Assembly (NCBI GenBank): GCA_010909165.1
Contig: VJWM01000223.1
Coordinates: 124,001-188,000 of the forward strand
DNA length: 64,000 bases
DNA from: Anthoceros angustus
Taxonomy: Eukaryota > Plantae > Anthocerotophyta
Reading direction: 5' to 3'
Position 1 is the first letter of the stretch. Every line of letters starts with the position of its first letter. Positions 50,401-62,330 of the stretch are shown in pieces. A model generated the notes under the pieces. That model saw only the letters and a program-made list of their open reading frames with translations. It was not told where the DNA came from and did not search any database. Both the position numbers and the translations under genes were made by a program.

Positions 50401-51968
50401 GGTCAGGGTTCGACTGAAGCAGCACTGTGAAAGCAAGGAGGCGGATACAGATGTACTGCCGCCTGCTACCCAAAAATGCGAACGCCCTTGCAAACCGGAG
50501 CCTTGTCAGCAGGGAGAACCTAAGATTTGCAGGCACTGTGTACTGATCAACCAGCTGCTTCAAAAGCTCAAGATCATTTTCAGGTCGGAGATGCAAGTCC
50601 GGAATATGAATAACTTGTAGACCTGCCGTGGCCTCCAGTTCCCTTCCCAGCTCATGGCCATCTGCATAGAACTCAAAATGAAGTGTGGAGCCCAGTCTGC
50701 AAGCATCCCCATCACATCCATTTTCAACTGCACATGCCAGAAGCCCAAGGCCCTCTTCCTTTCCTCCCCATCCCTGGGACAATGAGAAGAGACGAGCATT
50801 CAGTGCAGAGTCTCCATGCCAGCGCATGGCACGATTCGCTTGCACTGGCTTCTTCACAAATGCTGCCAAAGTTTGCAGCGCTGCTATGACAATCTCTGGG
50901 TCCGTTGAGGCAAACAATGATGATAAATGCTGCACACAGGCATAAACACGATTACTCGTGCAATTTCCCGCCTACATCTACAAAAAAGACGACCAAGCAC
51001 CTCCAGATTACTCTTCTCCGCCTACCTCATTTGAGTTATACAAGTACTTATTTACACAGTTCTCGAGTATTATACGAGTAACTCGAAGTATCTGCAGAAC
51101 TGCTGACTTGGGGAACGGACTGTCGCCTTCCAGAAAGTCACCGTCCAGCTGCAGGTCCCTTCTAGGTTTGACAAACTTCTCAAAGAAGGATTCAAAGTGA
51201 TTGAGAAGGTCAACCCAATGATGAAAGTCGCCCTGAAGACCGTAGCAGCAGATGCATACAAGGAAGCAAGCGGTGAGAACTAAGGAGCTCAAATGTTGGA
51301 CGCAAAAGCCCAATACCAATGCGATAGCGGTACAACCCTAGTGATGCACTCTCACCTTTTCATAGTCCCAAAAGAACTTGGCAAGAGGGACATCCATAAT
51401 CTCCAGAGGTGTGCTGGTCACACTGGTGATGAAACTCCTCACTTTCGGCGGCTGCCACCACCAGCATACACACGTCAAATCCCCAATACAGCAAAAAGGC
51501 AGCTGTCGCTGAAAAGCTGCAACAACCGGGCAGCTCACCACCGTGCATCAAACACAAGGGATTGAGCCTGCAGACTGGCACACTAAGCATGCCACACAGT
51601 TCTAAGTCTTATCCCAGATAGGACAGGCAGGCTGGCACAAGAGAGTGAAAGCAGCGATTGTTCAATCTGCTCGGCATGTTGCAGCCGCATGGTGGGGATC
51701 CTGGAAGCGGCCTGGGAGTAGATCGAGATCCCGGCCCGACCCAAATTGCCACCTAACGAGTCCACAACCAGCCAGAGCAGAAGGCGGCGATCCTGTTGCT
51801 AATCGCAGGCAAGAAGAGCATGCAAATTGGAGATCCAAGGCCGCGCCGCGAGCTCAGCAGAGGGAGCAGGACGTTCTTTGGCATGCGGCATCGCAAAATC
51901 CATCACGAGAATGAGAAGCAGGAGAATTAACATACCGCATCCACGCCGCGCTTTTTCTTGGCCTTCAT
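38424..51968 (-). CDS. UPL1: HECT E3 ubiquitin ligase UPL1/2 (HUWE1/Tom1 type)
   Basis: Exon 1 [11 protein letters not shown] (51968-51936), then [21 protein letters not shown], an exon of over 8 kb with DUF908/913-like and UBA regions ([15 protein letters not shown]), [10 protein letters not shown] repeats, and HECT ([14 protein letters not shown]...[39 protein letters not shown]). Confidence 0.97.
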
Positions 51969-52537
51969 GGCGAGGTAGTGGACGGAATTGGTCAGTGGTG
52001 GGGGAAGTGACGCATGCTGCGGGCGCGCGGGCAGGGCCTAGGCCGGCGGGCACCTGGACCTGCACAAGCCAAGCCCACGGGAGCGCGTGAAGCGGGCCAC
52101 CTGAGGGCCCCAGGAAGCAAGCCACGGGCCGAGCTTTGCACAGCCTGGACTGAGCAGCGGTGCAAGAAGACGCAGGCGGGCGGGCGGCGGAGCACAGGCA
52201 CCGTGAGGGCAGGAGCCGGGACGCAGACGCATCAGCAGCCGCCGCCGAGGCACAGTCCCGGAGGCGCGGGCGGATCCTTTCAGGTGCAGCGCCCGATCGC
52301 GAGCCACAGCAGCAGCGCGGCCTGCAGGCACAGGCAGAGGAACAAACTTGGCCGGCGGTAGGGGCGAGACAAGAGGTAGGGCAGGGAGGAGGAGGTAGAG
52401 GACGCACGGCAACCTCAGGGAGAAGAGAAGAGCCCAAAGGGGAGGGGAGGCGAGGCGAGGGGAGGGAAGCAAGCAAAGGTAAAGGAAAAGGAAAAGGCCT
52501 CTCAGAGTATGTGGGAAGCGGAAGCACACAGGGCTGC

Positions 52538-52578
52538 TGGGCTGGGCTGGGCTGGACTGGACTGGGCTGGGCTGGGCT
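52538..52578. repeat. (GGGCT/GGACT)n pentanucleotide microsatellite upstream of UPL1
   Basis: gggctgggctgggctggactggactgggctgggctgggct. Confidence 0.85.
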
Positions 52579-52686
52579 GCTCCGGCTGCTCACCCAAACA
52601 AAGAGAGTACGGAATGCTATTAATTCTCCTCCGCAATGCAACACATTCCTCTGTTGCCGTTCGTTAGTGTGAATGCGTCTCCCACT

Positions 52687-52695
52687 AAACCCTAA
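52687..52695 (+). promoter_or_regulatory. Telo-box (AAACCCTAA) in the UPL1 upstream region
   Basis: Exact AAACCCTAA; a known plant promoter motif, function here untested. Confidence 0.4.
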
Positions 52696-52917
52696 CCTTG
52701 CTTCCCTGCCTTTTGCTCTTCCTATAGTTTCAATTTTCGTTTCTTTGTTTGATCTAAACAGCCGGAAAGAAATATCGTGCCTACGTTCCTTGTCCAACTA
52801 TTAGGACACTTGCTTAAAAGGGCAGATCGACTTTGCTGAATATACTATCTTCTAAATTTTCATTATCTATTTTATCTTATACATTTAAATTTTAACTTCT
52901 CCGATATATTACCCTCT

Positions 52918-53480
52918 TTGCCATACATGGCCCTTTCCAGGGCTGCTTCCTCTACGTGTGACTGTGTCTTCCCGTCGCTGGCAGACGACTCTCACATCCT
53001 TAGGCCTGGGAACAAGGTCAAGGAGGCCTTCCACTTCTTCTCCCATGAACTTTCTTTGGTCGGCTTCACTATCCAATTGCCGTGTCTGGTCCCCCTCAAG
53101 TATCCTACCCACTTTGCAGTTTCCTGCTGGGGAGATTGCTTTGGCCTTGGGTCTACGGATTTTGGGGGTCCCCTCCGGCTCCCCCTGACTTCATTGGAAG
53201 CTTCGTGGACCAAGCTTTCGCAAAGGACTTGTCCCATGTCGAGGACCTCCCCCTGTTGGGGGTTGCTCAGAAAGCCTTTGGAATTCTTTCCTTCTGCTTC
53301 GCTAGGCACCCTGGTTACCTCATCCTCACGCTTCCCCCGTCTCCGGTTCTCCTATCTCGACTTCAGGGGTTTGACAGGAAGATAATGGATACTCTTGGTG
53401 ACATCATGGTCCCAGGGGCTTTCGAGTACCCTACGGGCGATTTGGCCCACTTGCAAGCATCACTCTACCTCCTGCTCCGG
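52918..53480 (+). mobile_element. CRE-like non-LTR retrotransposon reverse-transcriptase fragment (frameshifted)
   Basis: FPSLADDSHIL (YADD-equivalent), GLRILGVPSGSP, FIGSFVDQAFAKDL..AFGILSFCF..FDRKIMDTLGDI; homologous to 22970-23225 on the opposite strand. Confidence 0.78.
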
Positions 53481-54199
53481 GTCGCCAATCCTACCCTGCA
53501 GGATTCCATTCCTCTACTGCAGGCTGGAGCTGCAGGCTCATTGTTTCCTTCTCCGCTAGCGCGGTCCACCAGGCTCCCCCAGCTCTTTGTTCTTAGTCCG
53601 GAGATCCGTCACCTCTACCAGCCTCTTCAACATCTCGTCCCGGTGTGCGACCCGGACTTGCTCCAAGGGCACCTGGTCTCTTTGCAGGTCAAAGAGGGCT
53701 AAGAACTGAGGAAAGGAAGAAGGGAGTGTCTTGCTCATTTTCTCTCAGGCAACCAGATGGGAAGGACTCATGGGGAAGACAGGGGAAGAGAAGAAGGAGG
53801 GAGTCCATGCCGGAGGATCCGCAGGAGATTATCATGCCCATGTTTGAGTGCTTTGTGGGTCATGTGTCACTACTAGAAACATGGTGCCCATGTTATGGTG
53901 TTTTATAACGGGATTCGGGTTTTTTGTAACGTTTATGGCGGCTTTGTAACATGTAGTAGGCCGTGTCCGCCGGATCACATAAACTCAACATGGCGTGGAC
54001 ACCAAAATTTGTAACACAAATTAGGCCCATTGTGGTCGAGTTGTTTATCGCCCTTTCGTCGAGTTTGTGGCCGAGGTGTCCACACATTTATTACCCATCG
54101 GGTTTTTTTTCAAACTTCACCGCTGGCATCCCCATTTAATCATTCCACCGCGGCGCATGCCGGCACTTTCGGCGGGATGGAACGGCTCATGTCCCGACC

Positions 54200-54735
54200 G
54201 CCACGCCGCCGACATGGCATGTACATCCTACGGGCCCCATGTACGTCTCCTGAACGTGTTGTCATACGTCCGCTCTGTATGTCGACAGTATGCCTTCATG
54301 TTCGCGTCATTCCATACGCACGCGTGTGGCATACGGCCGATGGTATCTGAGAAGTTTTCGGTGAAAAAACAATATACCAGGGGTTACACCAAGTACAAAG
54401 CACCATGTCCATGACATTTCATGGTTTCTGTAGTTTCTGCGGCCTCGAGATCTAATTATACTCCCGACGGTAGCCACCGCCACGACATGTGGCATGTACA
54501 TCCTACGGCCCCATGTACGTCTCACAAACGTGTTGTCATACGTCACCTGTATATGTGTTGCCTTCATGTTCGCGTCATTCCATCTGAGCGTCGTGCATCT
54601 GGCCGATGGTATCTGAAGTCGCGTTTTTTCCGGTGAAAAAAAACAATATACCAGGGGTTACACCAAGTACAAAGCACCATGTCCATGACATTTCATGGTT
54701 TCACAGTTCTGCGCCTCGAGATCTAATTATACTCC
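54200..54735. repeat. ~270-bp tandem duplication in the CACTA left arm
   Basis: ggcatgtacatcctacgg...aatataccaggggttacaccaagtacaaagcaccatgtccatgacatttcatgg...ctcgagatctaattatactcc occurs twice. Confidence 0.88.
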
Positions 54736-55008
54736 GTGCGGGCGTGTTGGCACTGTAGCTCATGACACTTTTGCGGCCTTTGGCTCTTTTCGCATTTCGT
54801 ATACAGTGTGCTCCTTTCCGCTTTGTGCCTTTCCATCGTTGGTTCTCTTGACGAGATGGTTGCGGGCCCTCCACATTGACGACGCCCACACTGCATGCAT
54901 GAGAAGAAACATCACAGATCTAATGACCCAAACTGATGAGTCCATCAGTTCGTCTCACCCTGGAGATCCCGCCTCTCTCCTTCCCCTTCCACACCGAGGC
55001 CTTTGTCT

Positions 55009-55656
55009 TCACTGCCGCCGGGCCTCGCTATTCTCGCCTTCGGCCTGTGACGTGGCCACCATCCGCCGCTTTTCTGTCCCGCTCCAAGAACGACTATACA
55101 CCTCTTGGAAATCGTCGTTGTCTGACGCCGATGCCCCTCCACCTAGTGACTCCGATGTGCAGAAGTGTGAGATGCCAACGCTTTTTCCATTCTGCCCGTT
55201 GTCTTCATCCCCATTCGGACCCGTCCCTTCCCCCTCTTCTACATACTCTTCTCCGACCCCTCGTCCTCCGAGCACCTCATCCTCGGAATTTGTGTCCTCG
55301 TATGTGTCCTCTCCATCCGGCTCTTCCCCACCGTCTTTATCCTCATCTGAAGCACCAACATCCGAATCGGAATTAATTCCAGCACACTTACCTGAATTCC
55401 GTTTGGCCTCGAGGGTTTTGGCATCGCGTTGAGCCCTTATTCTGACCCTCAGATCTTTCAAAAAGTCTGCCACAGGTGGTTCTCCCAGCTTCATCACATC
55501 CCACAGTTCATGCATTTTTGCTAGTGGCCGGAGTGCACCAAATTCGCATTCGTCGTCTGTTGGGGCTCTCCCATACTTTTCTTGGAACTTGAACTCCCAG
55601 CCAGCACGTCCACACTGGCCCCATGGGTTTGGCCCTTGTCCATTGGATTTCTCCAA
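55009..55656 (-). pseudogene. CACTA internal ORF, 3' part (weakly TnpA/Ptta-like, with an acidic tail)
   Basis: GRAGWEFKFQEKYGRAPTDDE followed by an acidic tract; lies inside the TIRs. The family resemblance is weak. Confidence 0.4.
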
Positions 55657-55762
55657 TTTGTCATGCTGGAGTCACGCTGTGTCGGGATCATCGGTTGAGG
55701 CAAGTCCATGTACATAGAGAGAGGATATCGGTAATATCTTGACATCTAGAAATGTCATGTAT

Positions 55763-58700
55763 TGTTAGCCATTGGTTTTCAGGAAGGTCGTGACGCAGAA
55801 TTACCAGTTGATTTGCTGGATCATAACAAGGAGATTCGCGCGGGAGCTGGTGAGAGTGACAAGACCGGGAAACGCAATCATATAAAAGGATGGAAGGCGA
55901 TGCATGGCGGGAGGGAGCAGCGACGAGAGAGCGACAGGCGACTAGGCGCGGGATACAAGAGGCAAGCGTGCTTGGCTTAGGATAGTCTTGAGAGTCTCTT
56001 CGAGCCAGAGGGAGCGACGAGCCCGGCCAGAATCTTAGTGAATGCCAAAGCTTGCTTGGGAATTTCGAGCGGATGTCCGAGTCTGACACTTGGTTTTGGG
56101 TTGCGGCACTATGCTCTGTTGTGAACTCTCAAACTCACCGCGTTTGATCGGCTGATAGACGCTGATTGAATGAGGCATTTTTACTCTCAAGACTATTCTG
56201 GACGGGTGCGTGTGATGTCGTGCTTGAGAAAGAACTAGGGTTGCTGAGCTATGTTCCTAGTTGCATGTCTGTCACCTTGATGTCAAGCTGCTGAGGACCT
56301 TGTTACGGTTCTTGAGAAAGCCTTGAGTTAGGGTCCGGATTCGATGTGCGTGAAACATGAATGTGGTAATCAAGTTGTTGGATGAAATCGGTTTCTGATC
56401 ATTGTTGCTGTTCTGTGCATGACGGATGCGCCGGATGAGCGGAGTGGTGAGGCACCCTGTTACCAATTACGTTCAAGGAGGGTGCTCAAGCATGTGGCTC
56501 GTACACCCCGCAAAAGAGCTGGACGGCAAAATCAGTCTGATTCTGTGAGTGAGCATCCGATGGAAGACCTGCAGCAAGCGGGAGATGCGCTTGTTCCTGA
56601 AGAGACATCTTCAACAGCCGTATCAGCTGTTGGCTGGTCACCATTGGCTGAGATCACGCCTAGCGCGTGCCCGCCTTCAGAATCGAGTGACTCAAATCAT
56701 GGTCGACATCGGTTCTCTTCCAGCCAAATCAGATAAGTTTTCTGGTAGACCTGGCACGCAGACTTTGCGTGATTTCAGCTCTATTTCAACTTCCTTACTA
56801 GCCGTGTGAAATTCAAGCATGGCATAGCTTTTACAGATCGTTACATGTTTGAGCAGCTACCGGGTTACATGGCAGATGAGGCTCTCGATCTATATGAGAC
56901 ACATGCAGCTGCATTGCTGGCTACATCTGTGACTCCTAATCCTACTGCTTATCGGCAAGCCTTGCGGTGGCGATAATAATTTGCATGCACGGTGTCACCA
57001 TCAAGCCGCCATCGCCGGGTAATGGTCACCTAATGTGAAACCTCCGAGTGATCAGATGACCTCCCAAGAGCGTGCTGCGCCACGGGTATAGAAGAATACA
57101 TTGAGGTTCCACGCTTAATCCGGTGGAGGAATTCTTTATCATTCTTGAGAAGGCTTTTCCTTTCAAGACCCGAGAAGATTGCAGAGTTGTCTACACGCAA
57201 GAAAGGAGAAATCGCTCAAATGGCTTTTCCGCCGCTCATGAAGCTAAGGAAGGTAATCGCATGTTGATTGACCGTGAGGTCGCCGAAGTTTCTTAGTGCT
57301 TTGGAGACGGAGCCATTATTTCATTTCCAATTGTTCACTTCACTTGTTGACAAGTACGGAGATCAATACACTCTTGAGCATGTGTTTCAGGAAGCGGAGC
57401 GAAAGGAGCTGGCATTCTCAGCTTATGCTTACAAACACTGGCGATCGCATTATCGACATGTTTGCCGGCAAAAGTAACTCGACGGAGTCGGCGAAGTGGA
57501 GTGGTAAAGCCTACAGTTAAACCAAGAAAAGTGCTTGCTACTTTCACACCGTTGTGTAATGTATGTGGAAGCACCAACATTTGTCTCCTGCATGCAAATG
57601 CGTGATGGAGTCAGACACACACATCACACAAGACCGGTCATGTTGTGATCCGCTTTCAAGTTTTCGAGCGCCGAGTGCAAAAGGCGGGTGGAGATGGTGA
57701 AATTTCAGCATCCGATTGCCATTGGGTCTCCTACTATAATGGCGGGACATCTGCGGGACTGTTTCCAAGAGCAAATTAAAGCGGGAGAAGTTTAAGCGGA
57801 AGGCGCCAATGCTAGTAAGGTAACCGCCGAAGCTACTGTTTGCTCTTACAACGATTGGGTACACTTCTTGCTAGTTTGGCGGTCAAGCTGCTGGAGGAGC
57901 TTCGCTCGTGGTGTCTAAAGATAAACTTGCGGGGAGTTATGGTTTGTGACTCTCGATGAGCATGTACGTGTGGGAGAAGATTATGGGGATCCTTACCATG
58001 TTTGCATGGCTCACAAGATGGTGAGGCAGAAGAAAATTGAGGCGAGAGCACGTTGTGCACACATCTAGTATGCTAGAAGACTTACCTTGCTCTTGGTTAG
58101 GTCGAGCTAGCCATAATGACGGAGGTTCGGCTCCCACGGCAAAGTATCAGTTGCGCAAGCTAGGCGATCATGCCTAAGTCATTTGCCCTTTGTACCTTTG
58201 GCGTCTGTTCGCCATTGCGTGGTTCGAGACCATTTGCCGACCATATCGGGCGTGAGTCGACTAGAGATCAAGGAGGTGAACCTATTTGTTTGTCTTCCAT
58301 GACGTGGGAGGTCGAATTGCTACACAAGCGGTGCATGTACCTTTATTTTCTCTTGAGGAGGTGGGAATAGGTGCGGGTTGCTTCCTTTACATCATTTGGT
58401 TCGGTGTCATACTGTGTGGTAGTCACGAGTTAGACAAGCCGATCTTGGTGAGGCGGCTAGGCGATGCTCTAGCTACCGGTGAGTGGATTGGATTGAGCCA
58501 CTTGCTGCTGGAAAACCGGTGATGGTTTCACACTTGGCCCTTGCCACTCAAGGCAATCCGTTGGTGCAACCAACAAATCGCCTGCAAGTTCGGGTCAATC
58601 ATGCATTGGTGAACAATACCGCTGGTCATGTGACGATCAATGGTGTTGCACCTCGTATGGTGTTGTTAAATCGGTGCTCGGCCGATTATTATTGGTCAAA

Positions 58701-59565
58701 CTCTGGCCACTCGATTGCAGTTGATGGGATCAGCATTACGCAACTCTCCCTGGAACATCCGTACAGCAACAGGAGCTGTGTAGCCAGTCAAGGGTGAGAC
58801 AGTGTTTCCAGTATCTATTTCTCTTGACCGAATGCGCCGATCTTTGTGACTCTCGAGTTCGTTATGCGGTTTCTCGCTACCAATTATGATGTACTTTTGG
58901 GTCGAGTTTTGTTCCCACAGGGTTAGCATTGATAATTGGACCGAGCAAGCTTTTACAGACTGATTGGCAGCAAGGAGGCAAGAGATTGGCCTATATTCCA
59001 CTTGATTTGCATCACCGCAATGACGATGTGGAAGTGTCGTTGGCGGCCGCCATGTCTCAGATGATATGATGTATTCCTCGTTGGTCAAGGATGATCGGCA
59101 TGAGCAATGGTTGTTTTCGAAGTTGATGAGACTATCGATGAAGTGACGCACCCTGACTCAGTGGTGGAGGCTTGTGCCGCTGCTGTTGATGAGATGATTG
59201 TCAGGTCACCCTCGTTGTCGGTTGAGGCTCAACATCATGTCGAATTTGAGTTACAGCGAGCTGCGGGCCTGGGCCTCGCACCTTTGGGCAGATTGCACAG
59301 GAGTTGCTTTCACTGCCCCTGGTGACGACGACTATTTCGTGGCCTTTTGCTGTACAGGGGCATGTACTGGTGGAGTTGTTTGGAGGTATTTGCACAGGCT
59401 TGGAGGCCCTATTACGTGCAGGATTGCGTATTCAGAGTTATTACTATTGTGATAACTGCTTAGTGGCTCGTCAAATTGCTGCACATCGTTTGCAGCAGTT
59501 GTGCATCCGTTTTCCCCAGCAATTTAATCAGTCCGCTTGCAATTGTGCTTTTACTCATGGGAATT
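55763..59565 (+). mobile_element. Truncated Ty3/gypsy retrotransposon nested in the CACTA: LTR 55763-56088, PBS-like TGG, decayed gag and protease region, C5-methyltransferase fragment
   Basis: TGTTAG...TATA-like atataaaa (~55880)...TCTGACA, then ctTGGTTTTGG. Gag-like pieces SDKFSGRPG, FKHGIAFTDRYMFEQLPGYMADEALDLYE and KYGDQYTLEHVFQEAERKELAFSAY. Confidence 0.75.
59355..59560 (+). pseudogene. N-terminal fragment of a C5 cytosine DNA methyltransferase (motif I region), retrotransposon-borne
   Basis: VLVELFGGICTGLEALLRAGLRIQSYYYCDNCLVARQIAAHRLQQL matches the LF-x-G SAM-binding start of DNMT3/DRM-like enzymes. It is truncated before the PC catalytic motif. Confidence 0.85.
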
Positions 59566-59658
59566 TAGCAGGATTATTGTTTTCTTTTTCTAATCACCGG
59601 AGATGTGTATACGTCGTGAGTCGAGTGATCGCGACATGTCACGCTGTTGCAAATGTTT

Positions 59659-62330
59659 TTAGTCAGTTAGTGGTGTTACCACATGCACAAGCTGTGAGAA
59701 CATGAAATGTTGTGCTATCCGATGTCCAGCTGTTTTTGCACGACAAATCTCGCCTTTGTCATGTGCGGCTCGACGGCAAAAGTTCCCGTGTTGTCTAAGT
59801 TCAACCCGTGCCCATGTGACAATATCCCTCCACACCTTTTCATCCGCCAGTGGAGGCTTCAAAGCTGCGGCTTTTTTTTCCCTACTCTCTTCTCCGCTAA
59901 GGCGTATGCCTTGCCGCCCATATCTGTTGTTCGCTGTGTACCGACTAAACTCGACCTTATCATGGACTTCACCAGAGATCCGGGAACCGTGAAGCCACTT
60001 CACCGCATGCTTCCTTCCTCCTTGCTGCGACAAGTCGCTCCATTTGCCCGGATCCCATTTGCGCTTTGCGGATGACTTCCATGAACTTCTTATGCCGTGG
60101 CACACTGAGGCCACCAAATGTCAATGGTGGCGAAGCCCGGGGCTTCGCCACATTCCCTTCCTCTTGCCCGCCACTTGTTAGCTCCAGCAGTTGGTCCTGG
60201 ACCCACCGCAATCCCCTTTTCCGTAGTATTGCTTCGACAAGCTCCTTGTTGTCCATGTCGTCCACAACAGCTGCTGGCCCATGTTTGCAGCAACATGGGG
60301 CCTCCGCCCGTTGACCACCTGCAGCTGCAAAATTCCCCGCCCACACTTCGTGGAGGGCTGCTGCCAGGCGAGCAACGCGGGCACTGCCCGGCGTGCCAAT
60401 CGACTCGGCATCTTCTTGAGAATCTGGAACCTCATCCGGGACAGTTTGCACAAGGCGAGGCCCTCCCCAACATCCATGTCCTCCTCCATCTGCATCCAGA
60501 TCCCATACGGCATTTCCATGTGCTCCCAATCTCCACCCTTCTGGAAATTCTGCGCCCTGTCAACCTCGACATCGCGATAGGTAGTTTGCAGTCAGAAGAC
60601 GTCGTATGCTTCCTTGTGATCACCAAATTCTGTTGTCACCGTCAACAAGCTACAACATGGCGCGTGCCTCTGCTTCAGTATCAAACGGACAGCATGAACA
60701 TGTTGAGACTCACCGTGTCCGGCAAAGGTATTGGCACTTTGAAACCATGTCTTCCAAGCTGGAGTTCTCACAGGCGGCGAGGTACGAATTGGGGGTCTGG
60801 CCGATGTGCAAGCCATTTCGTCTTTAGTTAGGATAAAGCGGAAGATGGGAAGACAAGAAAACGAGATGGCAAACCCGGCGGGATGGCGCGATTGTAACCT
60901 CTTTCAAAACCACGGACTCGCCACATTCCTTCCTCCTCGCCGTCTTGCGGACAAAAGACCACCGTTCGCGACTCTGCGCCATGTGACAATATCCCTCCAC
61001 ACCTTTTCATCCGCTGGAGGCTTCGTGCGCTTTTTCCCTACTCTCTTCTCCGCTAAGGCGTATGCCTTGCCTCCATATCTGTTGTTCGGTCGTCTAAACT
61101 CGACCTTATCATGGACTTCACAGGAGATCCGGGAACCGTGAAGCCACTTCACCGCATGCCTTCCTCCTCGCGATAAGTCGCTCCATTTGCCGGAATCCCA
61201 TTTGCGCTTTGCGGATGACTTCCATGAACTTATGCCGTGGCACATCGAGGCCACCAAATGTCAATGGTGGCGGCCCGCCGCCACATTCCTTCCTCTTGCC
61301 CGCCACTTGTTAGCTCCAGCAGCTTGGTCTGGACCCACCGCAATCCCCTTCCGTAGTATTGCTCGACAAGCTCCTTGTTGTCCATGTCGCCCACAACAAC
61401 AGCCGGGCCCATGTTTGCAGCAACATGGGGCCTCCGCCTGCTTGACCACCTGCACTGCAAAATTCCCGCCCACACTTCGTGGAGGGTCCGCCAGCGAGCA
61501 ACGCGGCACGCCTTGCGTACAATCGACTCGGCATCTTCTTGAGAACTGAACCTCATCCGGATAGCTTTTGCACAAGGCGAGGCCCTCCCCAACATCCATG
61601 TCCTCCTCCATCTGCATCCAGATCCCATACGGCATTTCCATGTGCTCCCAATCTCCACCCTTCGAAATTCTGCGCCCTGTCAACCTCGACATCGCGATAG
61701 GTAGTTTGCAGTGAGAAGACGTCGTATGCTTCCTTGTGATCACCAAATTCATTGTCATCAACAAGCTACAACATGGCGGTGCCTCGCTTCAAAGATCAAA
61801 CGACAAAAGATGAACATGTTGAGACTCACCGTGTCCGGCAAAGGTATTGGCACTTTGAAACCATGTCTTCCAAGCTGGAGTTCTCCTGGAAGCGGCGAGG
61901 AATTGCCGGACTGACGAATGCTGGGTCCTGTCGATGTGCAAGCCATTTCGTCTTTAGTTAGGATAAAGCGGAAGATGGGAAGACAGCAAAAACGAGATGG
62001 CAAACCGGCGGGATGGCGCAGATTGTAACCTCTTTCAAAACCATCAGTTCCCGCCTCCTCCGCCGCACCGTGCCGCCGGACAAAAGACCACCCGTTCGCA
62101 CTTGACTCCTGCCCGCGCCATGTGACCGAAATCACAAGCAATAGGGAAACTTGTTCCCTTGGACTCCATCTCGACATGGCAGGCCAAAACCGCCAGTCCC
62201 TTCCTCCGCCTCTCCCGCTGACAGCCGACGATGTTTTCAATTGCTGGAAATGCTGGTAATAGTTTATGAGACGGCAATTTATTGCCGGCACATCGTTACA
62301 TGCAGAGCGACAAAACCACGGGACTCGCCA
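59659..62330 (-). pseudogene. CACTA internal ORF, 5' part, present as an ~1.17-kb tandem duplication plus a partial third copy
   Basis: 59740-60880 aligns with 60930-62000 (ccatgtgacaatatccctccacacc at ~59812 and ~60980); DNKELVEAILRKRGLRWVQDQLLEL...DEKVWRDIVTW. The second copy is indel-rich. Confidence 0.6.

Noticed and set aside
42686-50945. Many plus-strand ORFs within UPL1 (also within NADK2)
   Set aside because: They are antisense shadows of long coding exons with no independent signal.
51799-52797. 332-aa ORF upstream of UPL1
   Set aside because: It runs through GC-rich 5' UTR/promoter and microsatellite sequence and crosses UPL1 exon 1 out of frame; low complexity.
58050-58500. Explicit aspartic protease or RT call in the gypsy remnant
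   Set aside because: The position fits a protease, but no clear D(S/T)G or YxDD motif can be read; kept only as part of the element.
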